This document shows, in pieces, positions 24,741 through 36,851 of a DNA stretch of 64,000 bases. The translations under genes and the position numbers were made by a program. The number at the start of each line of letters is the position of its first letter. Position 1 is the stretch's first letter. The DNA is from Vitrella brassicaformis CCMP3155. Lineage: Eukaryota; Protista; Chromerida. The stretch spans positions 1 through 64,000 of the forward strand of contig CDMY01000385.1 in NCBI GenBank assembly GCA_001179505.1. The letters are read 5' to 3'. Below the pieces are notes generated by a model. The model did no database searches, was not told where the DNA came from, and worked only from the letters and a program-made list of their open reading frames with translations.

Positions 24741-27700
24741 ATGGACGAAGCCAACATTGACGAGCTGCTCAATGAGCTGGCTGCAGGTCAATCAATCAAT
24801 CAGACCACACCACAGGGATCAAACCCATGGCCGGACACTCTCTCCTCTTTTCTCAGATGCGCCAGGCGACGACAGCCCATCGGCAGCCGGCCATTCGCGC
24901 GGCGCGGGCAGGCACGCCCACAAAAGGAAGGAGCCATCGCCCAGACCCAAGGAGCCCGATGCTGATGCCGCAAAGGCATCAGAGCCCCCCGCCCCTACTT
25001 CTGCTGCCGTTCCGGTCACCCTGACAGCTTCCCTTACCAAGAAGCGGTCCGACGACTCGTTCACGTCGGACCTCATCGCATCCGCAGAGGGCAAGAAGCA
25101 CGAGCCACCCAAGCCCAGCGGCCGTCTGGAGGTCCCGCCTGCAAGCGGCCGGCCGATGTCCGAGAGCTCGGAGGACTCCATGGCGCTGCCCAAGTCGCTG
25201 CAGGCGACGGCTGGCACGGCCATAGCGAGGGAGGAGAGCGACGACGAGGATGAGGACCTGCAGAGATGGCGGCAGGTGGCGCAGGAGGCCACTCAGCGCA
25301 CCGAGCCGCCAACCGTGCCACAGCCACCAGCACAGAGGATCGAGGTTTCGGCCGGCCACATGGCTGTCAGGCAGGAGGCGCCGTCTCCTGCCAGCGGGAA
25401 AGGCGGCAGTGGGCCACCGACTGGACGTAAGGCGGAGCCGTCCCAGCCGATTTCGCGAAGACGGTCCTCAGACGCCATGGCTGGCGTGCAGAGGGGGCAG
25501 CAGAGCGGTGGCGCCGGGAAAGAGAAGGAGAAGGAGGACACGGCGGCGCCCAAGAAGCGTTTGCACATTGTGCCCAAGGGGATGGGGGAGGGGCCACCAC
25601 CGACGCCACCACCAGCGTCGGCAACGGCTGAGGAAGCGGACACTTCCCCTGCCCCTGCCCCTTCCCCTGCCCCTGCTGATGCCCACTCTGCCCAGCCGGC
25701 CGTCGCCAAGCAAGAGGAGGAGCCGCTGCCCGCCATTGCAGCGATATCGGCTGATAGAGGTGCCGAGTTCATTCCCCCAAGTGGCTCGCTGCCGCCCCAC
25801 TTGCGCGACTTCGACCGGGTGACGCAGCAGGTGATAGCTTCGGTGCTGAGCGACCCGATGATGAGGGAGGGCGGTGAAGGCGACAATGATGCCTCGACGG
25901 CCGATGTGGTGGCGGAGGGGTCACCTGCCAGGTGTGTCATGAAGCTGCGGAGGGCCCTCATGGCATACCAGGAGCTGCTCGAGGTGAGATGCGAAACATC
26001 CACACGTACACACATACATCAGCCTCTTCCGGGAGGTTCTTCCTCCTTCCTCCTTGTTGCAGGCGGCGCACCGGTCCATCAGCCACCTGCAGTCGACCGT
26101 GGCCGACCAGCACCGCCAGCTGTGCGCTGCGGGGCGGAAGGTGGACAGGCTGACGGCCCTGCTGGACCGTGAGCAGCATGCGGGCGAGGGTGTGCGGGGC
26201 GAGAGGGAGCGGCTGATGAAGGAAACCGACGACATGAGACGGCGGCTGGAAGAGGTAAGTGATACGGGTGGGTGGGGAGGTGGGGAGGTGAGTGAAGTGT
26301 TTCGTCATGTCATGTCATGGTGTGGTTCTGGTCCTGGTGTGTGCAGTATGAGAAGGGGCGCGTCGAGCGTGAGCGTGGCGACCAGGAAAAGGACAAACTG
26401 ATAGAGGCACTGGTAGGCAGGCACCTGCACGAATGAGATGAGGAGGAACACAAGTGAGTGCTGTTATATACCCCTCTTGGTTGGTCATGGGTGCGGTGCA
26501 GCGTGGGCGTCTGTCCGACCACGAGAAGACCATCGCCATACTGCGGAAGGAACAACACTCAGCCGTGAGGATGCAAAGGCACCCAATCGGTTGTTGGTGG
26601 ATGTGATGTGTGGGTGGCTTGGCATGGTGCACTCACTCAGGTGAATGAGCTGCAGCTGCGGCAGGACGAGATCAGCCGCCTCATGCGCCAATTCGCAGAC
26701 ACCAAAAAGGAAGCCATCGATCTCTCACAAGAGGTCCGTATCCCAAACAACACAAACCCGCACACGTGCACACACAGACAGACACCTGCAGTGCACGTCT
26801 TCTCATCACTGCTCTGCTCAGCTGTCGGTGATGCGTTCCCAATACGGCCCGCCCCTCCGCCCCCCCTCTCCATCTCCTTCTCCCTCCCCACCCCAAGGCG
26901 ACATGGACGTGACGCAGTACTGCGGGCCCATTCCCGAGGGTGCGGAGGAGCTGGCGGCAGAGGTGGCCACCCTACGGGCCTGTCTGGCGCTCAAGGACAT
27001 GGACCTTGACGCGGCCTACCAGCGGTGCGGGGTGTATGAGGAGCGCATGGCCGACTACCGTACCGCACTTGGGGAGATCGAGCCGAGCCACCCACTCCTC
27101 ACAGATGACTTGCAGGCTAGACAGGTAGGCGTGGGAGGGCAACGGGCGGTATGTGAGAAGTGAACGTGTGTGCCTGTGCGCCAGGTGTTGAGGGAGCCAG
27201 TGAGTAGTGGGGACGGTCTGGGTGGTGCGGGGGCTATTGTGGATCGCAGCATGGGGGTGCCTGAGCTGCCCGAGGATGAGCATGACGGCGGTAGACAGCA
27301 GCAGCTGGACAGAAGGGAGTCCATGCCGTGGGAGACACTAGTCAGTCCATCCATCTGCACACCACACACAATCGATCGATGCACATGTCATAGATGCCGT
27401 GTGTGTGGTTGTGGTTGTGGTGCGTGTGTGTCTGTGTGCAGGTCCGTTCTCTCCTGTCCTGGGCAGAGGTGCACCAGTCGATGGCTCAGCTGAAGGATGA
27501 GATCAGGCGGCTGCACGACCGGCAGCAGCGGCAGGCGCAGATGCTCAGCAAGATACAGCCATACCTGCCCGGCAACAAATCGCAAGCCGCGACCGCACAG
27601 AAGGACGCTGACGTCTCAGTAAGCAGCATCCACCCACACATGCGCACGAGATCGATCACCAACACATACATAAGTCTTTCTCCGTGTGTTGTGTGGTGTT

Positions 27701-28009
27701 GTGTGGAGTCAGACTCAACTGAGTGAGCTGCGTGGGGCTCTTCGCGAGAAGTCTGTAGCCATGGAGGAGGCTGAGCAGCGTGTGGAGGCGGCGGCCTTTC
27801 TCGCAACCAAAGAAGACCTGCAGGTGGGGGCATCCCGCTGATGCTCATGTCCGACGGCTGATGTGTTTGTGTGTGGGGTGGGGTGCCCCCGTCAGGAAGC
27901 CCGACTGGAGGTGGAGCGGCTGATGCCGACCCTGCCGCCGGCGATACTGCGGTTGATGCAGCCGAAGCTGCACACCATCATGCAGAACAAGAGCTACGCC
28001 AGGGGCTGA
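24741..28009 (+). CDS. Hypothetical protein with disordered N-terminal half and coiled-coil C-terminal half (multi-exon)
   Basis: ATG at 24741 (MDEANIDELLNELAAG), long low-complexity exon, then heptad-like exons (VNELQLRQDEISRLMRQF; LAAEVATLRACLALKD; MAQLKDEIRRLHDRQ). TGA at 28007-28009. Confidence 0.7.
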
Positions 28010-28574
28010 CTGGCTGAAGCATAGGGGCCTGTGAGCGTGTGCATATGTCAATCGACTCATTCATGATGGCATGGCCTGCAATGATATCACTCAGCAAATT
28101 TGCTGTGTGACGTGATGGGCGAACCACCAACGAGTCTTTCTTTCATGACAGTCCCTGACTGACTGAATGAACGAACATGTGGTGTGTAGCCATGTCTCTC
28201 TCGGTTCACACACACGGAACGACATCGACAGACAGAGCTCAATTAATGCAAAAAATAACCAACCCCGTTCCTCTTGTATTATCTACTTACTGAACGGTCG
28301 GCAACAAGAGAGGGCAGACAGTAGTACTACTGTGTTCTACTCGTGGGCGGCCAGTTGCCCCTCCCGGCACAGATAAAGATAGAAGGGCGCCCAACGAGCC
28401 ATTCAGGCAGCTAAGCTACGAAAGCGACACCTACCTACCTACGTTGGAAGAGAAGATATGTATGCAATAGCAAGAGGGGCAATGAATGAGACCAGACCGT
28501 CCAGACCAGACAAAGACGGATTACCCCCCAAATCAGGAAGGAGGACAGCTACAAAGACGTCATGAATTCATCAA

Positions 28575-31500
28575 TTACAGCGCAGCATAGACCAGCCCGG
28601 CCAGCCCCACGAGCACCGCCGACGCCACCTGCGTGCGGCTGGCGGCCGACTTCTTCTTGCCCTCCTCTTGCTGCTGTTGGACGCTCTCGAGCAAGCCGCC
28701 TGTGGTGTCAGTGGTGCCGGTGCCCTCGGACTCGTTCTGCTGGTCGATGACCTCATCCACGGCCTGCTTTGTGGCCTCCTCTGCCGTGACGTCCACACTG
28801 CCGACCTCGGCATGCCGGTCGACCGTGGCGGACTCGTCCAGCTTGCCGGCGTCCTTTTGGACCTGCACCACCTCCTCGATCAGACTCTCAACCGCCTCAC
28901 ACAACGTGTCGGCACTTGTGGTGGCCGTGTCCCACGCTGCCACACGACTGCACACACACACAGACAGGGATGAGAGAGAGAGAGAGGGAGACATGAGTCT
29001 CAGCCTCCTTGTGTTGGTTGGTTTGTTGGGTGCTGACCGAATGGCGAAGTAGACCTGGCCTTCGGCCATCTTGCCGCACACCTGCTTGCTCTCCACCGTC
29101 AGCGTCTGGCCAGTGGGAGTGAGCCGGGTCGTCCCGTCAGTCGTGCTCTTGACAGCCAGGTCCACCATCGGGAAGGTCACCTCGTCGACGGGGATGGTGT
29201 CGTCGACGTTCAGGCAGCCGTCCACCTCGCCCACGATGTCGCCGCCCTCCACATCCAGCCGCACGCCAGACAAGGCCAGCACCTGACCCACGACCTTGTC
29301 AGCGGCATTCGACACGTACGAGTAGCACGCAGCCGTCTCCGCCACTGCCTCCTGCTGGAGACGACGACGCGCCGTCGTGTTGGAGGCCGTGTCAGCTGTC
29401 GTGTTGGAAGTGCCTGATGCGGGGGGTGCGGCGGTGGTGGCGGCCGCTGTGGGAGCCGACGTCACTGTGTTGGTGTCTGTGGTGGTCGTGTTGGTGTTGG
29501 TGTTGGCGTTGTTAGCCGAGGATCCTGTGGCCGAGTTCGGGTCGATGCCCGCTCCACCGCCAGTGGCGATGCCGGACGACTCTGCGGACACCTCAGCCGT
29601 GCACAGGCCCTCACAGTCGATGTCGTCGCCGCTGATCGACAGATCCGCGCCGGACGTTGTAAGCGCCACGTCCTCGCCCTGTACAATCGTCTCTTTCTGC
29701 ACAGATGCACGCACACACACAGGTGCGTTTCCATGCGATACTACCACAGAGCTTGTTGTTGGCTCGGCTCACGAGGAGTTGGAAGAGGGGTGTCTCGAGT
29801 TTCCTGTCGCTGCTGAGGCACTCGGTGTTGTTGAAGCCGCAGTTGCAGCTGATGACGTCGAGGTTCACGGCCTGACGGGCTGTCTTGCACTGAGCATATG
29901 TCTCCCTGGCGTCACTGCCGACAGACCTGCACAGAACAAGACGGAACAGGCGCACGAATGGACCAGTCCCGTGCGGTGTGCGTGTGGCGGTCTTACTGGA
30001 TGGCGTCGTCGAGTTTCTCCGTCGCTCGCCAGATGTCTATATTCTGGACCATGGCGTTGGCCGCTGTGTACCTGACATACACACGTCAATGCAATCTGTA
30101 ACTCAAGCACCGCGTGTTGCTCTCTTCTTGTAGTTGCGTACTGAGGGGTGATCCACTGTCTGGTTCGGATGATCGTGCCGCTCTCCTGCCAGATGCCAGC
30201 GTGCATCCACCTGAAGACCGGCGCCATGCCGGCCTTGGCGCCGCATGACCTGCAGTTGGCGGCCGTCTCCTGCCAGGCGAAGTCCCACTCGTATCGGCAC
30301 TGGCCGTTGGGCAGCACGTGACGGCAGCATCGCATCACCGCAGGGTCCTCGAGGCACTCGCCGCGGGTGGCCCTCTGCTTGTAGAGGTACCCATCAGGCT
30401 GCACCATGGCACACTGCTCGGTAGTGAGGACGAGGCGCTTTCTCTCCTCCCAGGAGATGTGCACGCCCTCGCCGCCCATCATGTGGTCCATGGCTGGGTC
30501 ATGATGCTTGTCGTCACCATGGCCGCCCGTGGCGCTGTTCGGATCGTTGGGGTCCGTCAGGTCGGCCTTGGGATCACCGGGGAAGGGGCTGCCGCCGGGC
30601 GGTGGGGAGCCGCCGAACTCGCAGAACGGCTCGCTGCCGTCCTCGCACTGGCCAGTGCTCGTGGGCTCCTGGCCATTGGGGCAGACAGGCTTGCCGCCGT
30701 CCCTCTTGCAACTCTCGGCATCCATCCCGCCAGGGAATGGCGAGCCGCCGGGGAAGGGGCTGCCACCCTGGTTGTTAATGGTGGTGGTGGTGCCAGTCTG
30801 CAGGCGGCGATTGGACGGGGTGTAGACGGGTTGCCACTGCACACAGACAGAATGGGAGGCAGAGAGTGATGGTGGACGCCTACTGCGTGGCAGCCAGGTT
30901 ACCTCAGCCATGGCTTTGAGGAATGGTTTGCAGAAGGTAGATGCGGTAGACTGCAGGCGGCGAGCGTAGTTGATGTCCTTGACGGGCACGACGCAGTACT
31001 CGAACTTGGCGCAGTCGCCGTCACATCTGGACGTGCACTTCTCCGGCACAGTTTTTGTCAGCTCCCACTCTCTCTCAACAACATCATCCATGCACTTCTT
31101 TATGAGGTCGGTGCACCTCCTGGTTGATTGAGGACATCAGAATGAGCACAGAGAGGGATGCCGACCGCTTCTCTTACTCACTCACCCGGTAATGTCCTTG
31201 AGCTTCACCGGGTCGCTCTCGACTGCGCCTGGGCGGAACTCTTCCCCACAGACAATCATGAGAGGGTAGAAAGTCATGATCTGGCAGTTCACTGAGACAC
31301 AAAGCACAGCCACGAGTATACAATCCTTACACGTCTACATTATGTGTCATCCAGCTTACTTCCGCAGTCTTCGTCTTGGATGTTGCACTGCGAGATGAGC
31401 CTGAGGATTTCGGTGTCACCGTCCTCCCAGCCCTCGAGAATGCACTCGCCGCAGTCCTCAGTGCACTCCTCAGCGAAGTTGGGGATGACCATCTCGTTGT

Positions 31501-34500
31501 AGAACCGCCGGCGCTCGTCAAGGCTCGTGGCATACCAGTCGTCGGGGTAGATCTCGTCGTCATTGTCATCATAATCATCGTGGTGATCGTCGTGGTGGCC
31601 GTGGTCCCAGAAGAACGGCCAGCACTGGTGCTCGTAGTCGTCGAAATGATGCTCATGGTGATGCCAGTCGTCGACCCGCTCTCCCGGATAAAGCTACACA
31701 GGGAACGGAAACAGCAAAAGCGTTTCCTGTGCGGTGGGTGTGATGGGTGTGATAGTGCTTACGGGTCTGACGCGGCAGCCGAACGAAGGGTGGACGGGGT
31801 CAATCATGAATTTGTCGACCTCCACACCGGCGGCCTTGAGGGCCTCGGCACTCTCGTGATCCGCCAAGGCACCATAGCACGTGTGCCACTCCCAGTCGTC
31901 CTGCGGAGGCAAAACTGAGACACAGAGAGAGACATGACCCCGTTGACAGCCACATCCAGGCCAGCCATTGTGTATGTCGAGAGACAGACTTACTGCAGAC
32001 ACCGTTGGGGTACTCGTGAGCATTTGCGAACCAATCGTTGCACTCGCCTTGCGCCTCGCACTGCTCCTTGGTGAGACACTTGACGTGCTGCACATGGCAT
32101 CCGAGACGACGCTGGTAGGGGTTGCCGCCACACTGCGCCCATCCGCCCTGGAAGTCCTCGCAGCTCACAAGCTCGAATGGCGATGTGCACGAGCCGCTGT
32201 CGTCGACGTCCGTGTAGCACTGCTTGTCCTCGGGCTCCCAGAAGCCACCAGCCGTCGTGCATGTCGACTCACCGGTGGCACCGAGCCGCACGGTGGCTGA
32301 CAGCTTGTAGACGCACGTCTTGCCGGCGTTGGCATCGTGGCAGGAGTCCCAGTGGCCGCACTTCTGGCAGTCCCGGTTGCAGCCCTTGGTGGCCGCGCAC
32401 TCTGTGGCGTCCGTGATGAAGGGGTCAAGCGAACACTCGCCGGCATTGCACTTGGCCTCCGTCTCAAACTTCGGCTCCTTCCAACCGCGATTGCCTGTGA
32501 CAAGAAGAACACACGACACCATACATGTCTCGCCCATGTGTGGGTGTGTCGATCGATGGTCTAGCGGAGAGTTGCCTCACTGTTGAATTCGACGAAGCCG
32601 AACTCGTCGTTGCAAATCCAGTCCTCCTCCCTGTAGTCTTCCCATGGGTTGGTGCCTTGCTTGGGGAAGCAGTTGCACGCCATCGCGATCCACGTCTCCT
32701 GCTGCTCCCTACGACCGTCCGAGTGCTCCACCTCCTCCATCTTGCGCACAGTCATTGGATCGTAGACGCACGCCCCGGCCCCGTCGAGGGCCTCCTCGGC
32801 CGCCCACACCCAGACGTGGTCCGTCCCCTCAGGACGCTGGATCTGGCAGAAATTGTGGCGGTCCTGCGTGCCGGCGGGAATCGCCTTCCAGCACTTGCGG
32901 CCGCCGAAACGCTGCTTGCACGTCGATGCTGCGTACCTGCGAGAGAGCGCGTGAGACATGAAAGAGGTCGGTTGGATGTTCTATGGCGTCGTGTCTCCTG
33001 TTGACCAGTCTGGGAGTCCGAACGTCCCAAGGGCGCCGAAGGCAGCAGTGCATATATCGGCTGTCATTTCCTGTCGCTGCAGCATACGAGTAGACGACGT
33101 CACGCCTGCATGAATGGCCAAACCCACGTCAAATGAGCAGGGTTGGGACGATGGCCGTCCGGTTACCTGTACCTGTGCTTTCCTTCTGTGCCAGTCTGAT
33201 GCTGGCCTCCTTCTCCATGAGCTCGCTGCCATAGACGGAAGGACAAAATACGTCAAGACACAGTTGCTCAGACCGCACCGTCTCACTGACCGGTATTCCT
33301 TGTCTGCCATGAGGACACGTGCAGGAGCTGCTGTGGTCGGTGGCGGCGGAGATCCGCCTGGGATCGGCGAGCCTGCAGGCTTGGGACTGCTACCAGGCGC
33401 AGGGCTGCCTTGTGCAGTGCCGGGCATCGGAGTGGGACCGGGTGCAGGCGAGCCGATCGGCTGGCCGGCTTGGCCGGGGGATTGCGTGGCGCCGGGGAAG
33501 GGGCTGCCGCCGGTAAATGGGCTGCCGCCGGGCGGTGGGGAGCCGCCGAACTCGCAGAACGGCTCGCTGCCGTCCTCGCACTGGCCAGTGCTCGTGGGCT
33601 CCTGGCCATTGGGGCAGACAGGCTTGCCGCCGTCCCTCTTGCAACTCTCGGCATCCATCCCGCCAGGGAATGGCGAGCCGCCGGCTGCATTGCCACCCTG
33701 GTTGGGCTGGCCACCTTGTGTGGCCGTTCCGCTCTGGTTGGGATCGGTGCCGCCTTGTGTGGCGGTGCCGCCCTGGTTGGGGTCGGGCTTGTTGTCATCT
33801 TTGCCGTCGTCGAAGAATGAGCCGCCGCTGCCCGTTTCGGTGTTCTCATGGTGTGGATTACACCCGTACTTGCAGATGCCATCTCGGGTCAAGGCGAAGT
33901 TCCGCTCGACGGAACACTCAGGGTGACTCTTGCCGTCGGCGTCTGTGCACTGTTTGAACCGATCGGCGCACTCCTGGGGGCTGGACAGACAAAGCAAAAG
34001 CACATGTCTCTCGGTAGTCAATCATTGGTGAGCCGTGGCCGTACCATTCGCAGTGGTGTTGCCAGTCTCCCCATTCGTCGTCACAGCAGTCGATGTTGCT
34101 GCCCAGAATGTCACATTCGGCAGGACGGCGGTGCGGATTGCAGCCTGGTCAGAATCGATCACGGACATACAGACAGTGTGGGGCTTCTGAGCACAGAAGC
34201 CAGACTGACGACTCACCGAAGTAGCAGCTGGACTCGTCGACCCCCTTGCCCCAGAGGTCCATGTCACACTCAGCGTGCTCCTCTGAACACACCCATGAAA
34301 GCAACGGTGACTGCCCAGTCTGCGGCTGGCTGTGTGTCTGTGTCTGTGCGTGAGTGACCTCTGAAGTTTTCCCATCCGCACTTTGTCCCATCGTCATCGG
34401 GGTTGTCCCTCCAGCACTGCTCCTCTTTCTCCTGCACGAGTTTGACGCAGTTGGCGCGGCGCTCAAGGCACTTGAGCGGGCAGGCACAGTCGTGCTCGTC

Positions 34501-36818
34501 ATCAGGGCAGCAGGTGATTGAGCCGTCCTTGCACTCCTGGGGCGGCATCCACGAGCGGCAGCCCCACTTGCAGATGCCCTCCTCAAACCACTCCTTGTTG
34601 ATCTTCCTCGCGCACTTGTTCCAGCTCTCGCCACTTCGCTGGCACTTCTCGAACTGAACACCCCACAGAGGCTCACGAGCTTATGCAGTCATACAGGGGG
34701 ACGTGTTGGCTGACTGACCTCAACTTTGCAGTCCTTGGGACAGGCGCACTGTTCGTCTGCCTCATGGCAGCAGCCGGCCTTAGAGTCGCACACGTCCTGC
34801 GCTGGCTTGATGTCGCGAATCTCACTGCACGCACACACATGTATGCAGAGCAGATCATAGCTTACATCTTCTCGGCGACGCAGGCTGTGTGCCATCCATC
34901 CATCCATCTATCCATCGCCCACCAAGAGGGTTCGCACTCAGGGAAGTCAAAGAGCTGCTTGAACCAGCACTCGTCCTCGACCTTGCCGGTCCACTCATGG
35001 CTGTCTTCACAGGCGTAGACCTGACACACGCGACACGTCAGTCAGGGAGACCAGCACAGCACAGCATGCGTGTCGGCTGGGTGGTCGGGTCGGATGGCTG
35101 ACGTATATATACCTTACTTACCTTGTTGACACATTCCTGTGAGCAGATTCTGGGGCAGTCCTCTCCCTTGTGTGCGTGGCAGGGGAGGTAATCGTGGTTG
35201 CAGCCGAACTGGCAGATGCCCTGCTCAGCCCATTCGCCCTTCTTCTTGTTCTCACACGCCTCCCAGCCCTCCTCGCGCTCGCACTCCCGGAACTTTATGG
35301 CGCACTCACGCGAACACTGGACAAATCAGGCAGGAATGAGTGAATTAACTAACGAATGACAGAATGAGTGCACTCATCACTGCCTGCACTCACGAGGCAT
35401 GGGTTCTCGTGTGTGCAGCAGTCAGGGTATGCCGGAGGGCAGCCATCGAACAGATTGCACCCATCTGTCACACAGAGACACAAAGGAAGGAACACACCAC
35501 ACGCATGGACTCCCTCCCCATCCCTTTGCAGTGCAGTGCACGCCACACTCACTCACTCACTCACTCACTCTTGGGACATTGTGCGAAGGTGCCGCCATTG
35601 AAGTCCTCCAGGCACTTCTGGACGGTATTGTCCTTGAGGCACTCGCGCACGGCGTCATTGCAGTTGGTGTCGCACACGGCCTTCTCCTGGTTGGCGTTGC
35701 ACAGGCCCGAAGCCACTTGCTCCTCATATTTCTGTCGGTACTCCTGCCACGACCCGGCGCCCTCATTCCACTCGCGCAGTACACACTTGTCGCCGCCGAA
35801 GTGGGAGCAGACATCGGTTTGAGCGCCAGGGTCTTTTGTGTAGACGTCTTCGATCCATCCGAAGTGCTGCAGGTTGCAGCCGCCGCCCGGCAGGCGGCAG
35901 GGCTCTGTCTCGGTGCCCTCACGATAGCAGATGCCGGTCTCCGTCACTGGCTTGATGGCATTGGGACCTGTCAGGGTGGGTGAGAGTCAACCAACAAATT
36001 GCACAAAGGCGATGGATGTCGGGCGGCATTGTGCTGTGCTGTGCTGTTGACCTGCTCTGCAGTAAGTCTGGCAGGCAGACTTGTCCAGTGTCCTGTCGAT
36101 GCACCTGAATGCATAAACAAACAAAAGGACGCAATCCACACACATACTTTCTGCGTCTCTGCAATCAGTCGTCCAGTCAGTCTACCAGTGATGTCCGTGG
36201 TTGCCGGCAGAGGCCAGCTCGCCACCAGCACTGCATCAAACAACCACCAATTGGTGCAGACACAATGGATAACTGCATCGATCGATCGAGCAGCTTTAAC
36301 ATTGCTCACTCAGCGCATTTCTGTGCGAGGCACTCCTTAAAGGCCTTCTCCGCCAGCCGCCACGGCTCCACGCCGGGCTCGGGGTTCTTCCGTGCCTCCT
36401 CCTCCTTCTGCCATCGCGCCCGCTCGCACGGCTGGTAGGCCACGCGCCAATCCAGCTCAATCATACATCCACCCGGCTCGTCCAGACGATGGCCTGCATT
36501 TCAAGCCGTGGAGGCACAGAGAGACAGACAGAGACACACATGTATCTGTTAGTTACATGCATGTGAGCTTTGTTGGCTGGTTTGTGTACCGCAGTTGGGG
36601 CAGTCCCGTGGAGCGCAGAATCCATCCACACCCTGCACGCTGCACTCGCTCTCCGATGTGGCCGTGGGGTTCCAGTTGCACACCTTGGGCTCGAGGCACT
36701 CCGCCTCCGTTATCTCAACCTGACGCACAGACGAGTAAGACCCAGTAGAAACCGACTCTCTCCCTATCTCTCTCCCTATCTCTCTCCCTCTCCCCTCTCT
36801 CTCTCTCTCCCTCTCTCC

Positions 36819-36851
<33 letters not shown>

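Noticed and set aside
25945-25985. LRRALMAYQELLE as an intermediate-filament YRKLLEGE signature
   Set aside because: The motif is at the start rather than the end of the coiled coil, and the rest of the IF consensus is absent.
30586-33684. Direct repeats as transposon LTRs or CRISPR repeats
   Set aside because: Only two copies, in frame inside exons, with no TG...CA ends, target-site duplication, transposase/RT or spacer array.
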